From an uncultured Pelagibacteraceae bacterium (GTDB taxonomy: Bacteria > Pseudomonadota > Alphaproteobacteria > Pelagibacterales > Pelagibacteraceae): 64,000 nucleotides of DNA. A model generated the notes under the pieces. It worked only from the letters and a program-made list of their open reading frames with translations. It did not search any database and was not told where the DNA came from. The DNA is taken from NCBI GenBank assembly GCA_902559635.1, contig CACEIY010000003.1, positions 1,027-65,026 on the forward strand, in the 5' to 3' direction. The position numbers were made by a program, and so were the translations under genes. Of this stretch, positions 48,043 through 58,264 are shown piece by piece (the stretch's first letter is position 1; every line of letters starts with the position of its first letter).

Positions 48043-49122
48043 ATGGAAGTTTTTTTACCTATAGCTCAAGTCTTTATTAATCCGATTGAAATACTTTTAT
48101 TAAGCGCAATAGTAGGAGTTCTATCAGGTTTATTTGGTGTTGGTGGTGGTTTTTTAATGACACCATTTTTAATTTTTATGGGCATCCCTCCAGCATATGC
48201 TGTTGCAAATGAAGCAAACAATATTTTAGCAACTTCAGTATCAGGATCTACTACTCATTATTTAAAAAATACTTTAGATTATAAAATGGGTTTCATGATT
48301 GTAATTGGTGGTTCAATAGGAACAGCTTTAGGTATTTATACTTTTACTTATTTTAAAGGTATTGGAAAAATTGATACAGTCATTTCTTTAGCTTATATGT
48401 ATATACTTGCAATTATTGGGACATTAATGTTGGTCGAGAGTCTTGGTGAAATTGATAAGGCAAAAAAAAATGTTGTAGAGAGAAAAAAATTACATGTACA
48501 TTACTGGATACACGGACTTCCTTTAAGAATGAGATTTCCAAAATCAAAATTATACGAAAGTATATTTACACCTATTTTAATTGGGTTAATAGTCGGTTTC
48601 ATAGCTGCAATAATGGGTATTGGAGGTGCTTTTATTTTAGTGCCAGCAATGATTTATATTATTAAAATGCCTACTAGATTAGTTCCTGGAACATCATTAT
48701 TTGTTACTATTTTTGTAAGTGTGATAGTTACTTTTTTACATTCATTTAATTATGGCTCAATAGATTTAATGTTAGTTGTTATGTTAGTAGTAGGATCAAT
48801 TATAGGTGTGCAAATTGGCCAAAAACTTGGAGAACAAATTGATAGTTCAGGACTTAAAGCTTTGTTAGCTATTTTATTATTGGTTGTTGGTATAGCTATT
48901 GCATATGATACTTTTTTTGCAGAACAAATACTAAATGGAACAACAAAAGTATTGAATACGGATTTAAATTTTTTCTCAAAATTCATTAAAGAATTTTCTA
49001 AAGATATGCCTTTCTTTTATGGATTATTTTCAATTATGTTTGCAGTTATACTTGGAGTTGGGGCAGCATTTATAAGACGTTTTATTTCAAATCTAAGAAA
49101 AAAATTTTTAGCTAAAGTTTAA
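48043..49122 (+). CDS. TauE/SafE-family sulfite exporter
   Basis: Two repeats 'GLFGVGGGFLMTP' / 'IMGIGGAFILVP', 'GTSLF'. Confidence 0.88.
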   Translation: MEVFLPIAQVFINPIEILLLSAIVGVLSGLFGVGGGFLMTPFLIFMGIPPAYAVANEANNILATSVSGSTTHYLKNTLDYKMGFMIVIGGSIGTALGIYTFTYFKGIGKIDTVISLAYMYILAIIGTLMLVESLGEIDKAKKNVVERKKLHVHYWIHGLPLRMRFPKSKLYESIFTPILIGLIVGFIAAIMGIGGAFILVPAMIYIIKMPTRLVPGTSLFVTIFVSVIVTFLHSFNYGSIDLMLVVMLVVGSIIGVQIGQKLGEQIDSSGLKALLAILLLVVGIAIAYDTFFAEQILNGTTKVLNTDLNFFSKFIKEFSKDMPFFYGLFSIMFAVILGVGAAFIRRFISNLRKKFLAKV

Positions 49123-50289
49123 TTAAGCGCTTCTGTAAAGTTTGGTCATTACAAATTCTTTATGACCTAATGCTTCAGCGCAGGTTAATCTACCATTTGC
49201 TACTCTCAAAGTAGTTTTAATTAATTCGTCTCCAGCCTCTGATAAGTTCATTTCCCTTGATAGAATTTTTGAAACATCACAATCTATATGTTCACCCATT
49301 CCTTTAACAGTTAATGGATTTGCAGTTAATTTAATGACTGGCTCAATTGGGTTACCAACAATATTTCCTTGTCCAGTTGGAAATAAATGAATATTAAACC
49401 CCGCTGCTGCTTGAAGAGTTACACACTCTGCCGCTGCTGAAGAAGTATCCATAAAATATAAGCCCTTACCTTTTTTTGGTTCTTCAGCTGGTTCAAGAAC
49501 ATCAATGAATTTACAATTTCCAATTTTTTGAAAATTTCCAAAAGCTTTTTCCTCAATAGTTGTTAAACCACCAGCAATATTCCCTGCTGTTGGTTGACTT
49601 TCTGAAAGATCATCTGTTGCTTCTTTTAAAATAAAATCATTATAATTGTTCCATGTTTTCATAAATTTGTCAGAAGCCTCTTTGGTTGCACCCCTAGTTG
49701 CACAAACTTTTTCAGCTCCAGTTAATTCTGAAGTTTCTCCGAAACATAAATGGACACCTAGAGGCTCTAATTTATCCATTAAGTTTCCTACTGTAGGATT
49801 AGAAGCTAAACCTGAAGTAGTATCAGACTCACCACACTTAACTGATATCCATAGATCACTTAAAGGACATTCTTCCCTTTGTTTTTCTGAAGCCCACATA
49901 ACAAATTCTTGAGCTTTTTTAGATGCTTTCATCGTAGTACCGATATCTCCAGTTCGTTCAATATGAAATCCTTCAACTGGCTTTCCTGTCTTAGCTATTC
50001 CATCAACAATTTTCTTAGTCCATTTAGGCTCAATTCCAATAACAATAACGGCAGCGACATTTGGATTACAACCAGTTCCAATCATTGTTCTAAAATGAAG
50101 TTCTAAATCAGCTCCAAATTGGAGTCTTCCGTATGAATGAGGAAGTGCTATTGTACCTTTAATATTATTAGCAACTGCTTCAGCACATGCATTTGAAATA
50201 TCATCAACTGGAAGAATAATAACATGATTTCTTGTACCTGCTCTTCCGTTTTCTCTTTTGTATCCTAAAAAACTTTTTGGAATTTCCAT
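49123..50289 (-). CDS. suyB: (2R)-sulfolactate sulfo-lyase beta subunit (UxaA family)
   Basis: '[22 protein letters not shown]', 'YGRLQFG', '[10 protein letters not shown]', 'GLTTIEEKA', 'MDTSSAAAE'. Confidence 0.88.
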   Translation of the reverse strand: MEIPKSFLGYKRENGRAGTRNHVIILPVDDISNACAEAVANNIKGTIALPHSYGRLQFGADLELHFRTMIGTGCNPNVAAVIVIGIEPKWTKKIVDGIAKTGKPVEGFHIERTGDIGTTMKASKKAQEFVMWASEKQREECPLSDLWISVKCGESDTTSGLASNPTVGNLMDKLEPLGVHLCFGETSELTGAEKVCATRGATKEASDKFMKTWNNYNDFILKEATDDLSESQPTAGNIAGGLTTIEEKAFGNFQKIGNCKFIDVLEPAEEPKKGKGLYFMDTSSAAAECVTLQAAAGFNIHLFPTGQGNIVGNPIEPVIKLTANPLTVKGMGEHIDCDVSKILSREMNLSEAGDELIKTTLRVANGRLTCAEALGHKEFVMTKLYRSA

Positions 50290-50293
50290 TTTC

Positions 50294-50578
50294 TTACCAC
50301 TTCTTCGTTTTTACATTATGAACATGTACATGCTCACCTTTTTTTATAGATTTAACTACTTTACCAATATCATGACCATATTTTAAAATTGTATCACCTT
50401 CGTTAAGATCAATCATTGCAATTTTGTGTCCTAAAGGTATTTCATCTACTGATTGAATATTGATAGTACTGTTATTTTCCATAATCCAGCAAGAACATTC
50501 CTGTTTTGGAGTAATTTTTTCTATCACTACTACTCCTACATTGTCTTTTTCGTCGTGAATTATAATATCAGTTGACAT
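50294..50578 (-). CDS. suyA: (2R)-sulfolactate sulfo-lyase alpha subunit (SAF domain)
   Basis: 'DNVGVVV', 'IPLGHKIA', 'KYGHDIG', '[12 protein letters not shown]'. Confidence 0.88.
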   Translation of the reverse strand: MSTDIIIHDEKDNVGVVVIEKITPKQECSCWIMENNSTINIQSVDEIPLGHKIAMIDLNEGDTILKYGHDIGKVVKSIKKGEHVHVHNVKTKKW

Positions 50579-50690
50579 ATAGTGTCGATTTGTTTGTTTG
50601 AAATTTGTAAAATCTTATATATTAATCGCAAAAATTAACAAACGAATTTTATTATAGTTTTAATTTTATATTTTAAAGAGGTTTAGTTTT

Positions 50691-52472
50691 ATGACAAAAA
50701 TGACAACAGAAGAAGCTTTTGTAAAAGTTTTACAAATGCATGGAATTGAACATGCTTTTGGAATTATTGGTTCAGCATTTATGCCAATTTCAGATATTTT
50801 TCCTGATGCGGGAATTACTTTTTGGGATGTAGCTCATGAAACAAATGGAGGTTTAATTGCTGATGGCTACACTAGAGCGACAGGAAAAATGTCCATGGTT
50901 ATCGCCCAGAATGGACCAGGTATTACAGGATTAGTTACTCCAATTAAAACTGCTTATTGGAACCATACACCTCTTTTATTAGTTACACCTCAGGCTGCAA
51001 ATAAAACTATGGGACAAGGTGGATTTCAAGAAGTTGAACAAATGAATTTATTTAAAGATATGGTTTGTTATCAAGAAGAAGTTAGAGATCCTTCAAGAAT
51101 GGCAGAAGTATTAAATAGAGTTATAGAAAAAGCTATTAGAGGATCAGCTCCAGCACAAATAAATGTACCTAGAGATTTTTGGACACAAGTAATTGATATA
51201 GAACTTCCTCCAATCGTAAGACTAGAAAGACAAGCTGGTGGAGTTGATGCTATTAAAAAAGCAGCTGATTTATTATCAAATGCTAAATTTCCAGTAATAT
51301 TATCTGGAGCAGGTGTTGTAATTGGAGACGCTATTGAAGATTGTAAAAAATTAGCAGAAAAGTTAGATGCGCCAGTTTGTTCTGGTTATCAACATAATGA
51401 CAGTTTTCCAGGAAGTCATCCTCTAGCTGCTGGGCCACTTGGATACAATGGTTCAAAGGCTGGCATGGAATTAATAAAACAAGCTGATGTTGTTTTAGCA
51501 TTAGGAACAAGATTAAATCCATTTTCAACATTACCAGGATATGGAATGGATTATTGGCCAAAAAATGCAAGCATCATTCAAGTTGATATGAATTCTGATA
51601 GAATTGGTTTAACAAAAAAAGTTACTGTTGGAATCTGTGGAGATGCAAAATTAGTTGCTAAACAAATATTAGAACAACTTTCACCTACTGCAGGAGATAA
51701 AGATAGACAAAAAAGAAAAGATAATATTCATCAAACTAAATCAGCTTGGTTGCAAAAATTATCAAGTCTTGATCATGAAGATGACGATGAAGGAACAGTT
51801 TGGAATAAAGAAGCAAGAGAAAGAGATTCTGATAGAATGTCCCCTAGACAAGCTTGGAGAGCAATTCAAGCAGGAATGCCAGAGGATGTAATTATATCTA
51901 GCGATATTGGAAATAATTGTGCTATTGGAAATGCTTATCCAACTTTTGAAAAAGGAAGAAAATATTTAGCACCAGGCTTGTTTGGTCCTTGTGGTTATGG
52001 TTTTCCCTCAATTTTAGGTGCAAAAATTGGTTGCCCAGATACTCCTGTAATAGGATTTGCAGGGGACGGGGCATTTGGAATAAGTATGAATGAAATGAGT
52101 TCCTGTGCCAGAAAAGAGTGGCCCGCAATTTCAATGGTTATTTTTAGAAATTATCAATGGGGAGCAGAAAAAAGAAATTCTATTCTTTGGTTTGATGACA
52201 ACTTTGTTGGAACAGAACTTGATCCTGAGTTAAGTTATTCAAAAGTTGCTGATGCTTGTGGATTAAAAGGTGTAACTGTTAAAACTATGGAAGAAACTAC
52301 AAATGCTATCAAGCAATCTTGTAAAGATCAGAAAAAAGGAATAACGACATTTATTGAGGTAATTCTTAATCAAGAGCTTGGAGAGCCTTTTAGAAGAGAT
52401 GCAATGAAAAAACCAGTAAAAGTTGCTGGAATTAATAAAGGAGATATGAAACCTCAAAAAGGTTTGATTTGA
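50691..52472 (+). CDS. xsc: Sulfoacetaldehyde acetyltransferase (ThDP enzyme)
   Basis: 'MTTEEAFVKVLQMHGIEHAFGIIGSA', 'GDGAFG...NYQWGAEKRN', 'ELGEPFRRDAM'. Confidence 0.95.
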   Translation: MTKMTTEEAFVKVLQMHGIEHAFGIIGSAFMPISDIFPDAGITFWDVAHETNGGLIADGYTRATGKMSMVIAQNGPGITGLVTPIKTAYWNHTPLLLVTPQAANKTMGQGGFQEVEQMNLFKDMVCYQEEVRDPSRMAEVLNRVIEKAIRGSAPAQINVPRDFWTQVIDIELPPIVRLERQAGGVDAIKKAADLLSNAKFPVILSGAGVVIGDAIEDCKKLAEKLDAPVCSGYQHNDSFPGSHPLAAGPLGYNGSKAGMELIKQADVVLALGTRLNPFSTLPGYGMDYWPKNASIIQVDMNSDRIGLTKKVTVGICGDAKLVAKQILEQLSPTAGDKDRQKRKDNIHQTKSAWLQKLSSLDHEDDDEGTVWNKEARERDSDRMSPRQAWRAIQAGMPEDVIISSDIGNNCAIGNAYPTFEKGRKYLAPGLFGPCGYGFPSILGAKIGCPDTPVIGFAGDGAFGISMNEMSSCARKEWPAISMVIFRNYQWGAEKRNSILWFDDNFVGTELDPELSYSKVADACGLKGVTVKTMEETTNAIKQSCKDQKKGITTFIEVILNQELGEPFRRDAMKKPVKVAGINKGDMKPQKGLI

Positions 52473-52485
52473 GTGCTTCAAACTG

Positions 52486-53676
52486 ATGTTAAGATATGTA
52501 GTAATATCTTTAGTTAGCATATTATTCTCAGTATATTTTTTTGAAAGTTATATACTTTTTAAAGATTATCTTTCTACTGATCAGATTTTAAAGAATCAGC
52601 TTTTAAAAGAAAAGATATATAAAAAAAGCACAGGAAAAAACTGGGATAACAGGACAAGATTTCAGATTTACGAAAACAAAAAAAAAATAAACAATGATAT
52701 TGCAATTAGGTTTCAACCCTCATATTTTTTAAATAAACAAAATTTATCAATTTTTCCTTTATCAGGTATTTCAAATTCTGAGACAATTCATTGTAATGAA
52801 AATGGATATTTCTCTATTTATCAAAGTGATAGATTTGGATTTAATAATCCAGATGAAGAATGGAATAATAAAGAAATTGAATATCTTTTAGTAGGAGACT
52901 CATTTACTCATGGTTCTTGTGTAAACAGACCAAATGACATTGCATCAGTTTTAAGAACTTTATCAAGCAAGTCTGCTTTAAATTTAGGATATGGAGGAAA
53001 TGGACCCTTGATAGAATATGCTACCTTAAGAGAATATGTTGCTCCAAATGTCAAAAATGTTTTATGGGTTTATTGTGAAAGCAATGATTTATTTGAATTA
53101 GTTATTGAAAGACAGAATAAAAATTTACTAAGATATTTAAATTATGAAAATCATTCTCAAAATTTAAAAAATAGGCAAAAAGAAGTTGATGAATTATTAA
53201 ATATAAACTTTGAAAAAGAACTACAGAACCAAATCAAAATAGAAACATTTAAGTCAGAAAAACAATTGTCAAAAAATAATAAGTTAAAATATAAAATCTT
53301 AAAATTTATTAGGTTGGATAGAACAAAAAAAATATTTAAAAAAAAAGATACCAAATATGATGATATAATTTTTGATGAATTTGAAAAAATTTTACAAAGT
53401 TCACTTAATTTATCCGAAACAAACAATGCAAAGTTAATTTTTGTATATATTCCTGAATACAGAAGATATAATAGTAGTAATTATTCTGATGAAAATTATA
53501 ATAAAATAACATCAATTGTAAAAAAGTTAAATATCGACCTTGTCGATATGAGAAAAGTTTTCGATAATGAAAATAATCCTAAAATATTTTTCCCTTTTCA
53601 ACAATTTGCTTGGCATTATAATGAAGATGGTTATAAAAAAGTTGCTGAAGCTATTTATAATTTAACTAAAGGTTAA
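52486..53676 (+). CDS. SGNH/GDSL hydrolase-family membrane-anchored protein
   Basis: N-terminal TM, 'VGDSFTHG', 'NLGYGGNG', 'ND', 'HYNEDGY..VAE'. Confidence 0.8.
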   Translation: MLRYVVISLVSILFSVYFFESYILFKDYLSTDQILKNQLLKEKIYKKSTGKNWDNRTRFQIYENKKKINNDIAIRFQPSYFLNKQNLSIFPLSGISNSETIHCNENGYFSIYQSDRFGFNNPDEEWNNKEIEYLLVGDSFTHGSCVNRPNDIASVLRTLSSKSALNLGYGGNGPLIEYATLREYVAPNVKNVLWVYCESNDLFELVIERQNKNLLRYLNYENHSQNLKNRQKEVDELLNINFEKELQNQIKIETFKSEKQLSKNNKLKYKILKFIRLDRTKKIFKKKDTKYDDIIFDEFEKILQSSLNLSETNNAKLIFVYIPEYRRYNSSNYSDENYNKITSIVKKLNIDLVDMRKVFDNENNPKIFFPFQQFAWHYNEDGYKKVAEAIYNLTKG

Positions 53677-53692
53677 AGTTATTTATTTTATT

Positions 53693-54079
53693 ATGAGTGA
53701 AAAAATTAAAATTGGTAGTAATAGAGGTTTTGGAATAGTTTTTTTTATAGTTTTTGTAATTATTGGAATTTATCCATTAATAGATAATGGTGAATTAAGA
53801 TTGTGGTCTATATTACTTTCCCTAATTTTTCTTACGCTTGGATTGATTAATTCAAATTTTTTAACTCCTTTAAATATATTATGGTTTAAATTTGGAATAT
53901 TTTTAGGAAAAGTAGTTTCGCCATTAATACTAGGATTTATTTTTTTTATTGTTGTTACTCCAACAGGAATTTTAGTGAGATTATTTAAAAAAGATTTATT
54001 AAATTTAAAATTTAATTCCAAAAAATCTTATTGGATAGAAAAAAGTGGACCAAAAAGTAAAATGAAAAATCAATTTTAA
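53693..54079 (+). CDS. SxtJ-family membrane protein
   Basis: 'SNRGFG', 'PLN..WFKFG..LG...SP', 'TPTG', 'SYWI...MKNQF'. Confidence 0.85.
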   Translation: MSEKIKIGSNRGFGIVFFIVFVIIGIYPLIDNGELRLWSILLSLIFLTLGLINSNFLTPLNILWFKFGIFLGKVVSPLILGFIFFIVVTPTGILVRLFKKDLLNLKFNSKKSYWIEKSGPKSKMKNQF

Positions 54080-54080
54080 T

Positions 54081-54230
54081 ATGAGTTTTATAAAAGAATT
54101 TTGGGAATTTTTAAAAATTAGAAAAAAATATTGGCTTCTACCAATTATAATTGTTTTGGTTATATTTGGTGGATTGATAGTTTTAACTCAAGGTTCAGCT
54201 GTAGCTCCATTTATTTACACAATTTTTTAA
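54081..54230 (+). CDS. SxtK/DUF5989-family small protein (49 aa), not in ORF track
   Basis: Read by hand: MSFIKEFWEFLKIRKKYWLLPIIIVLVIFGGLIVLTQGSAVAPFIYTIF; 'RKKYWLLP...GSA.APFIYT.F' signature. Confidence 0.88.
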   Translation: MSFIKEFWEFLKIRKKYWLLPIIIVLVIFGGLIVLTQGSAVAPFIYTIF

Positions 54231-54231
54231 C

Positions 54232-56034
54232 GTGTCATCAATTTTAGGAATTTCTGCATTTTATCACGATAGTGCTGCTTGCATCCTTAAAAATGGAAAA
54301 ATTATTGCAGCCGCTCAAGAGGAAAGATTTTCTCGAAAGAAACATGACTTTAGATATCCACATAATGCTATAGAGTTTGTTTTAAAATATGCAAATTTAA
54401 AACTAAGTGAAGTTGATCAGATAGTTTTTTTTGAAAAACCTTTTTTAAAATTTGAGAGATTATTAGAAACTTATGTTGCATTTGCACCAAAAGGTTTTGT
54501 TTCTTTTGCTAAAGCAATGCCTTTATGGATAAAGGAAAAGCTTTTCCAAAAAAATCTTTTATTTAATAAGTTAAAAGAACACGACAAAGATTATAAATCT
54601 GATGATAATATTTTTTTTTCAGATCATCATCTTAGCCATGCCGCAAGTGCATTTTTTCCATCACCCTTTAATGAAGCTGTAATTTTAACTGCAGATGGAG
54701 TAGGAGAATGGGCAACAACTACTGTAGCAGTTGGAAAAAATAATAGTTTAGAGATTAAAAAAGAAATTCATTTTCCACATTCTCTTGGTCTTCTTTATTC
54801 TGCTTTTACATATTACACAGGATTTAAAGTTAACGGGGGAGAATATAAGTTAATGGGTTTAGCTCCATATGGTAATCCAATTTATGAAGATAAAATTAAA
54901 AAAATTGTAGACATAAAAGATGATGGAACATTTAGATTAAACCAAGAATATTTTAATTATGCCACTGGATTAACAATGACCAGTGATAAATTTATTAAAC
55001 TATTTGGTCAAAAACCTAGGGATGCTAACAATGAGGATATAACACAATTTCATATGGATATTGCCTCTTCAATTCAGAAAGTAACAGAGGAAATAATGCT
55101 TAAATTAGCTCACTCAATATCAAAAGAATATAAAATAAAAAATTTATGTCTTGCAGGTGGTGTAGCTCTCAATTGTGTAGCTAATGGTAAAATTCTTAAA
55201 GAAAATATTTTTGAAAATATTTGGGTTCAACCAGCTGCTGGTGACGCTGGAGGATCACTTGGAGCAGCTTTAGCTCTTTGGCACATAGATCTTGGAAAAG
55301 AAAGAAAAGAAAATTTTACAGATAAAATGAATTGTAGTTATTTAGGACCTGAATATTCTAATAAGGAGATTGAAAATATACTTAAGAAGATAGGTGCAAA
55401 CTTTAGGTCACTCTCAAAAGATGATTTGTTAAATTTTACTGTTGAAAATTTAACAAAAGGAAATGCTATTGGCTGGTTCCAAGGAAAGATGGAATTTGGC
55501 CCGAGAGCCTTAGGTAATCGATCTATAATAGGTGATGCTAGATCGCCTGATATGCAAAAAAAGCTAAATTTAAAAGTAAAATTTAGAGAGAGTTTTAGAC
55601 CTTTTGCTCCTTCGGTTTTGCTAGAAGATTTAAATGATTGGTTTGATCTTAATACTGAGAGTCCCTACATGCTTATGGTTGGGAAAGTAAAAAAAGATAA
55701 ATTAATTGAGAGTGTTGATAATTTTAAATCGTTAAAAGGATTAGAAAAGCTGAATTTAGTACGGTCAAAAATACCTGCTGTAACCCACGTAGATAATTCT
55801 GCCAGAGTTCAGACAGTTACTAGTAAAAATGGAATTTATTATGATTTAATTAAAAGATTTAAAGATAAGACTGATTGTCCCATTATAGTCAATACTTCAT
55901 TTAATGTGAGAGGAGAACCTCCTGTGAATACTCCAATTGATGCTTATAAATGTTTTATGTCTACAGATCTCGATCTATTAATTATCGGTAATTGTGTTCT
56001 AGAGAAAAATAAACAAATAAATTTTAAATTATAG
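54232..56034 (+). CDS. O-carbamoyltransferase (NodU/CmcH/SxtI family)
   Basis: 'GISAFYHDSAA', 'QEERFSR.KH', 'HHLSHAASAF', 'DGVGE', 'GEYKLMGLAPYG', 'EFGPRALGNRS', 'NTSFNVRGEP'. Confidence 0.95.
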   Translation: MSSILGISAFYHDSAACILKNGKIIAAAQEERFSRKKHDFRYPHNAIEFVLKYANLKLSEVDQIVFFEKPFLKFERLLETYVAFAPKGFVSFAKAMPLWIKEKLFQKNLLFNKLKEHDKDYKSDDNIFFSDHHLSHAASAFFPSPFNEAVILTADGVGEWATTTVAVGKNNSLEIKKEIHFPHSLGLLYSAFTYYTGFKVNGGEYKLMGLAPYGNPIYEDKIKKIVDIKDDGTFRLNQEYFNYATGLTMTSDKFIKLFGQKPRDANNEDITQFHMDIASSIQKVTEEIMLKLAHSISKEYKIKNLCLAGGVALNCVANGKILKENIFENIWVQPAAGDAGGSLGAALALWHIDLGKERKENFTDKMNCSYLGPEYSNKEIENILKKIGANFRSLSKDDLLNFTVENLTKGNAIGWFQGKMEFGPRALGNRSIIGDARSPDMQKKLNLKVKFRESFRPFAPSVLLEDLNDWFDLNTESPYMLMVGKVKKDKLIESVDNFKSLKGLEKLNLVRSKIPAVTHVDNSARVQTVTSKNGIYYDLIKRFKDKTDCPIIVNTSFNVRGEPPVNTPIDAYKCFMSTDLDLLIIGNCVLEKNKQINFKL

Positions 56035-56943
56035 ATGACAGGTATTTTTAAAAAAAAATATATTATTAATGAAAATTTTATTCAATTTAATATTAATGAC
56101 AATACCGTAAAAAAAGTAATTGATTTTTATAGTGAAGCTCCATTTCCAAACTATGAGAAGAGTGATGATAAATCTTCTATTAATTTTAAAGGCGAAAAAA
56201 ACTATTTGTCTAGAGAATTTAAAAAGTTTATTGGATTTAATAAAGATGTTTTAGAAGTTGGTTGTGGAACTGGGCAACTATCTTTATATTTTAGCATAGG
56301 TACAAATAACAGAGTCTACGCTTTAGACCCAACACTTGAGTCTATTAATCTTGGTAATAAATTTTCGATAAAAAATAAAATAGAAAATATAAAATTTGTA
56401 AATGCAGATATATTTGACGATGTTTTTAATGATAAAACTTTTGATTTTATTTGGACAAATGGTGTTTTGCATCACACAAAAAATCCTAGCTTGGCATTTG
56501 ATTTAATTTCTAATTATTTGAAAAAAAATGGTTATATTCTCGTAGGCCTATATAATAAATATGGAAGATTAAGAACTTTATTTAGAAGGATACTTTATAA
56601 ATTTTTCGGGGCATTTTTAATAAAATTATTAGATCCAACATTGAGAAATATAAAAAAAGGAAATGATCAACAAATTAAAGCTTGGATTAGAGATCAATAT
56701 GAACATCCAGTTGAGAGTTTACACACTTTAGATGAGGTTTTAAATTGGTTTAAAAAAAATAATATTGAATTTATAAACTCAATTCCAACTTGTGGGTTAG
56801 ACAATGAAGGAAATTCAAATCTTTTTAAAAAATCTTCGAAAGGAAATTTTATAAGCCGCCTGTATTCTCAAATATCGATGTTATTTAATTACCTTGGAGC
56901 TGACGGCGGACTCTTTATTGTTATAGGAAAAAAGATTGATTAA
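56035..56943 (+). CDS. Class I SAM-dependent methyltransferase
   Basis: 'VLEVGCGTGQ', 'GVLHHT', 'W.RDQY.HP.E'. Confidence 0.88.
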   Translation: MTGIFKKKYIINENFIQFNINDNTVKKVIDFYSEAPFPNYEKSDDKSSINFKGEKNYLSREFKKFIGFNKDVLEVGCGTGQLSLYFSIGTNNRVYALDPTLESINLGNKFSIKNKIENIKFVNADIFDDVFNDKTFDFIWTNGVLHHTKNPSLAFDLISNYLKKNGYILVGLYNKYGRLRTLFRRILYKFFGAFLIKLLDPTLRNIKKGNDQQIKAWIRDQYEHPVESLHTLDEVLNWFKKNNIEFINSIPTCGLDNEGNSNLFKKSSKGNFISRLYSQISMLFNYLGADGGLFIVIGKKID

Positions 56944-56953
56944 AAATGGATAA

Positions 56954-58264
56954 ATGAAAAATGAATTAATAAATGATACTAGTTGCAGTTGGATAAATGA
57001 TTTAGATCCAAGAAAAAATATAAAAATTTTAAAAAAAAATGATGATTGTGAATGGCTTATTGTTGGTGCTGGTTATACAGGTTTATCAGCAGCAAGAAAA
57101 TTAGGGCAATTTTATCCAAATCAAAAAATTATTTTGATTGATGCTCAATTAGCAGGTGAGGGAGCTAGTGGAAGAAATTCTGGTTATTTGGTTGATACAA
57201 CACTAAATGATGGTTTTACATCAAATAAAGCAATGGAAAGTTATAAAAAGAAAGCTGATATTTATGAATTGGGAATTAAAATAGTTAAAAAATTTATAAA
57301 AGAATATCAAGTTGATTGTGATTGGAATGAATGTGGTAAATACTTTGCTTCTTCTAGGAAAGAAGATAGAAAAATACTAACAAATTTTTCAAATACACTT
57401 TCTCAATTAGGTTACAAACATAATTTATTAACTAATAATGAATTATTAAAAAGATTAGGAACTAATTTTTATAATATAGCCCTTCATACTGAAGGTGGGA
57501 TTTTATTACATCCAGGAAAATTAGTTAGATCAATGATAGATGTTTTACCAACTAATGTTTTTTTATATGAAAATTCATATTTATTGAAGTGGACTAAAAA
57601 TAAAGACACAATTTTTTGTAATTTTAAAAATGGAAAAATAAAAACAAAAAAAATTATTTTTGCAACTAATGGTTTTTTAAATTCTTTAGGCATTAGATCT
57701 AATTATAATTTTCCAATAACTTTAACAGCAAGCATGACAAGAACCTTAACTGATAAAGAGTTTAAATCTATTGGAGAGCCAAAAGAATGGGGTGTTTTAC
57801 CCGTAAGACCAATGGGAGCAACAATTAGAATGACCAAAGATAGAAGAATTTTAATTAGAAATACCGCAGAAGTTCACAATCCATTTCATATGTCAAAGAT
57901 AGAGTTAAATAGAAGAGCGATAAAGCAAAGGATTGGTATCAAAAAAAGATTTCCACAACTACCTGATGATATCATTCAATCTTCTTGGTCAGGGATTGTT
58001 TCAAGAACAAGAAATAGTTCTCAGATTTTTGAGAAAATAGATGACAGTATTTTTGTAGCTGGTTGTTATAATGGATCAGGTATAGGAGTAGGAACTTTAT
58101 TTGGAGAGCAAATCGCAATCAAAGCTAGTGAGGAAAAAACTAAGGAGATAGAAACTATAGAAGCTAGAAATAAACCTACCTGGCTTCCTCCAGAACCATT
58201 CTTAACCTTAGGTGTTAAAACTAGATTAATTTATGAACGTATAATAGCGAGATCTGAGGTTTAA
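56954..58264 (+). CDS. FAD-dependent oxidoreductase (DAO/PuuB/OrdL-like)
   Basis: 'IVGAGYTGLSAA', 'GASGRNSG', 'ATNGF', 'YNGSGIG'. Confidence 0.85.
   Translation: MKNELINDTSCSWINDLDPRKNIKILKKNDDCEWLIVGAGYTGLSAARKLGQFYPNQKIILIDAQLAGEGASGRNSGYLVDTTLNDGFTSNKAMESYKKKADIYELGIKIVKKFIKEYQVDCDWNECGKYFASSRKEDRKILTNFSNTLSQLGYKHNLLTNNELLKRLGTNFYNIALHTEGGILLHPGKLVRSMIDVLPTNVFLYENSYLLKWTKNKDTIFCNFKNGKIKTKKIIFATNGFLNSLGIRSNYNFPITLTASMTRTLTDKEFKSIGEPKEWGVLPVRPMGATIRMTKDRRILIRNTAEVHNPFHMSKIELNRRAIKQRIGIKKRFPQLPDDIIQSSWSGIVSRTRNSSQIFEKIDDSIFVAGCYNGSGIGVGTLFGEQIAIKASEEKTKEIETIEARNKPTWLPPEPFLTLGVKTRLIYERIIARSEV

Noticed and set aside
52486-56943. Saxitoxin biosynthesis cluster
   Set aside because: Only sxtI/J/K-like and SGNH genes are present; no sxtA, sxtG, sxtB or other core scaffold genes appear in the window.
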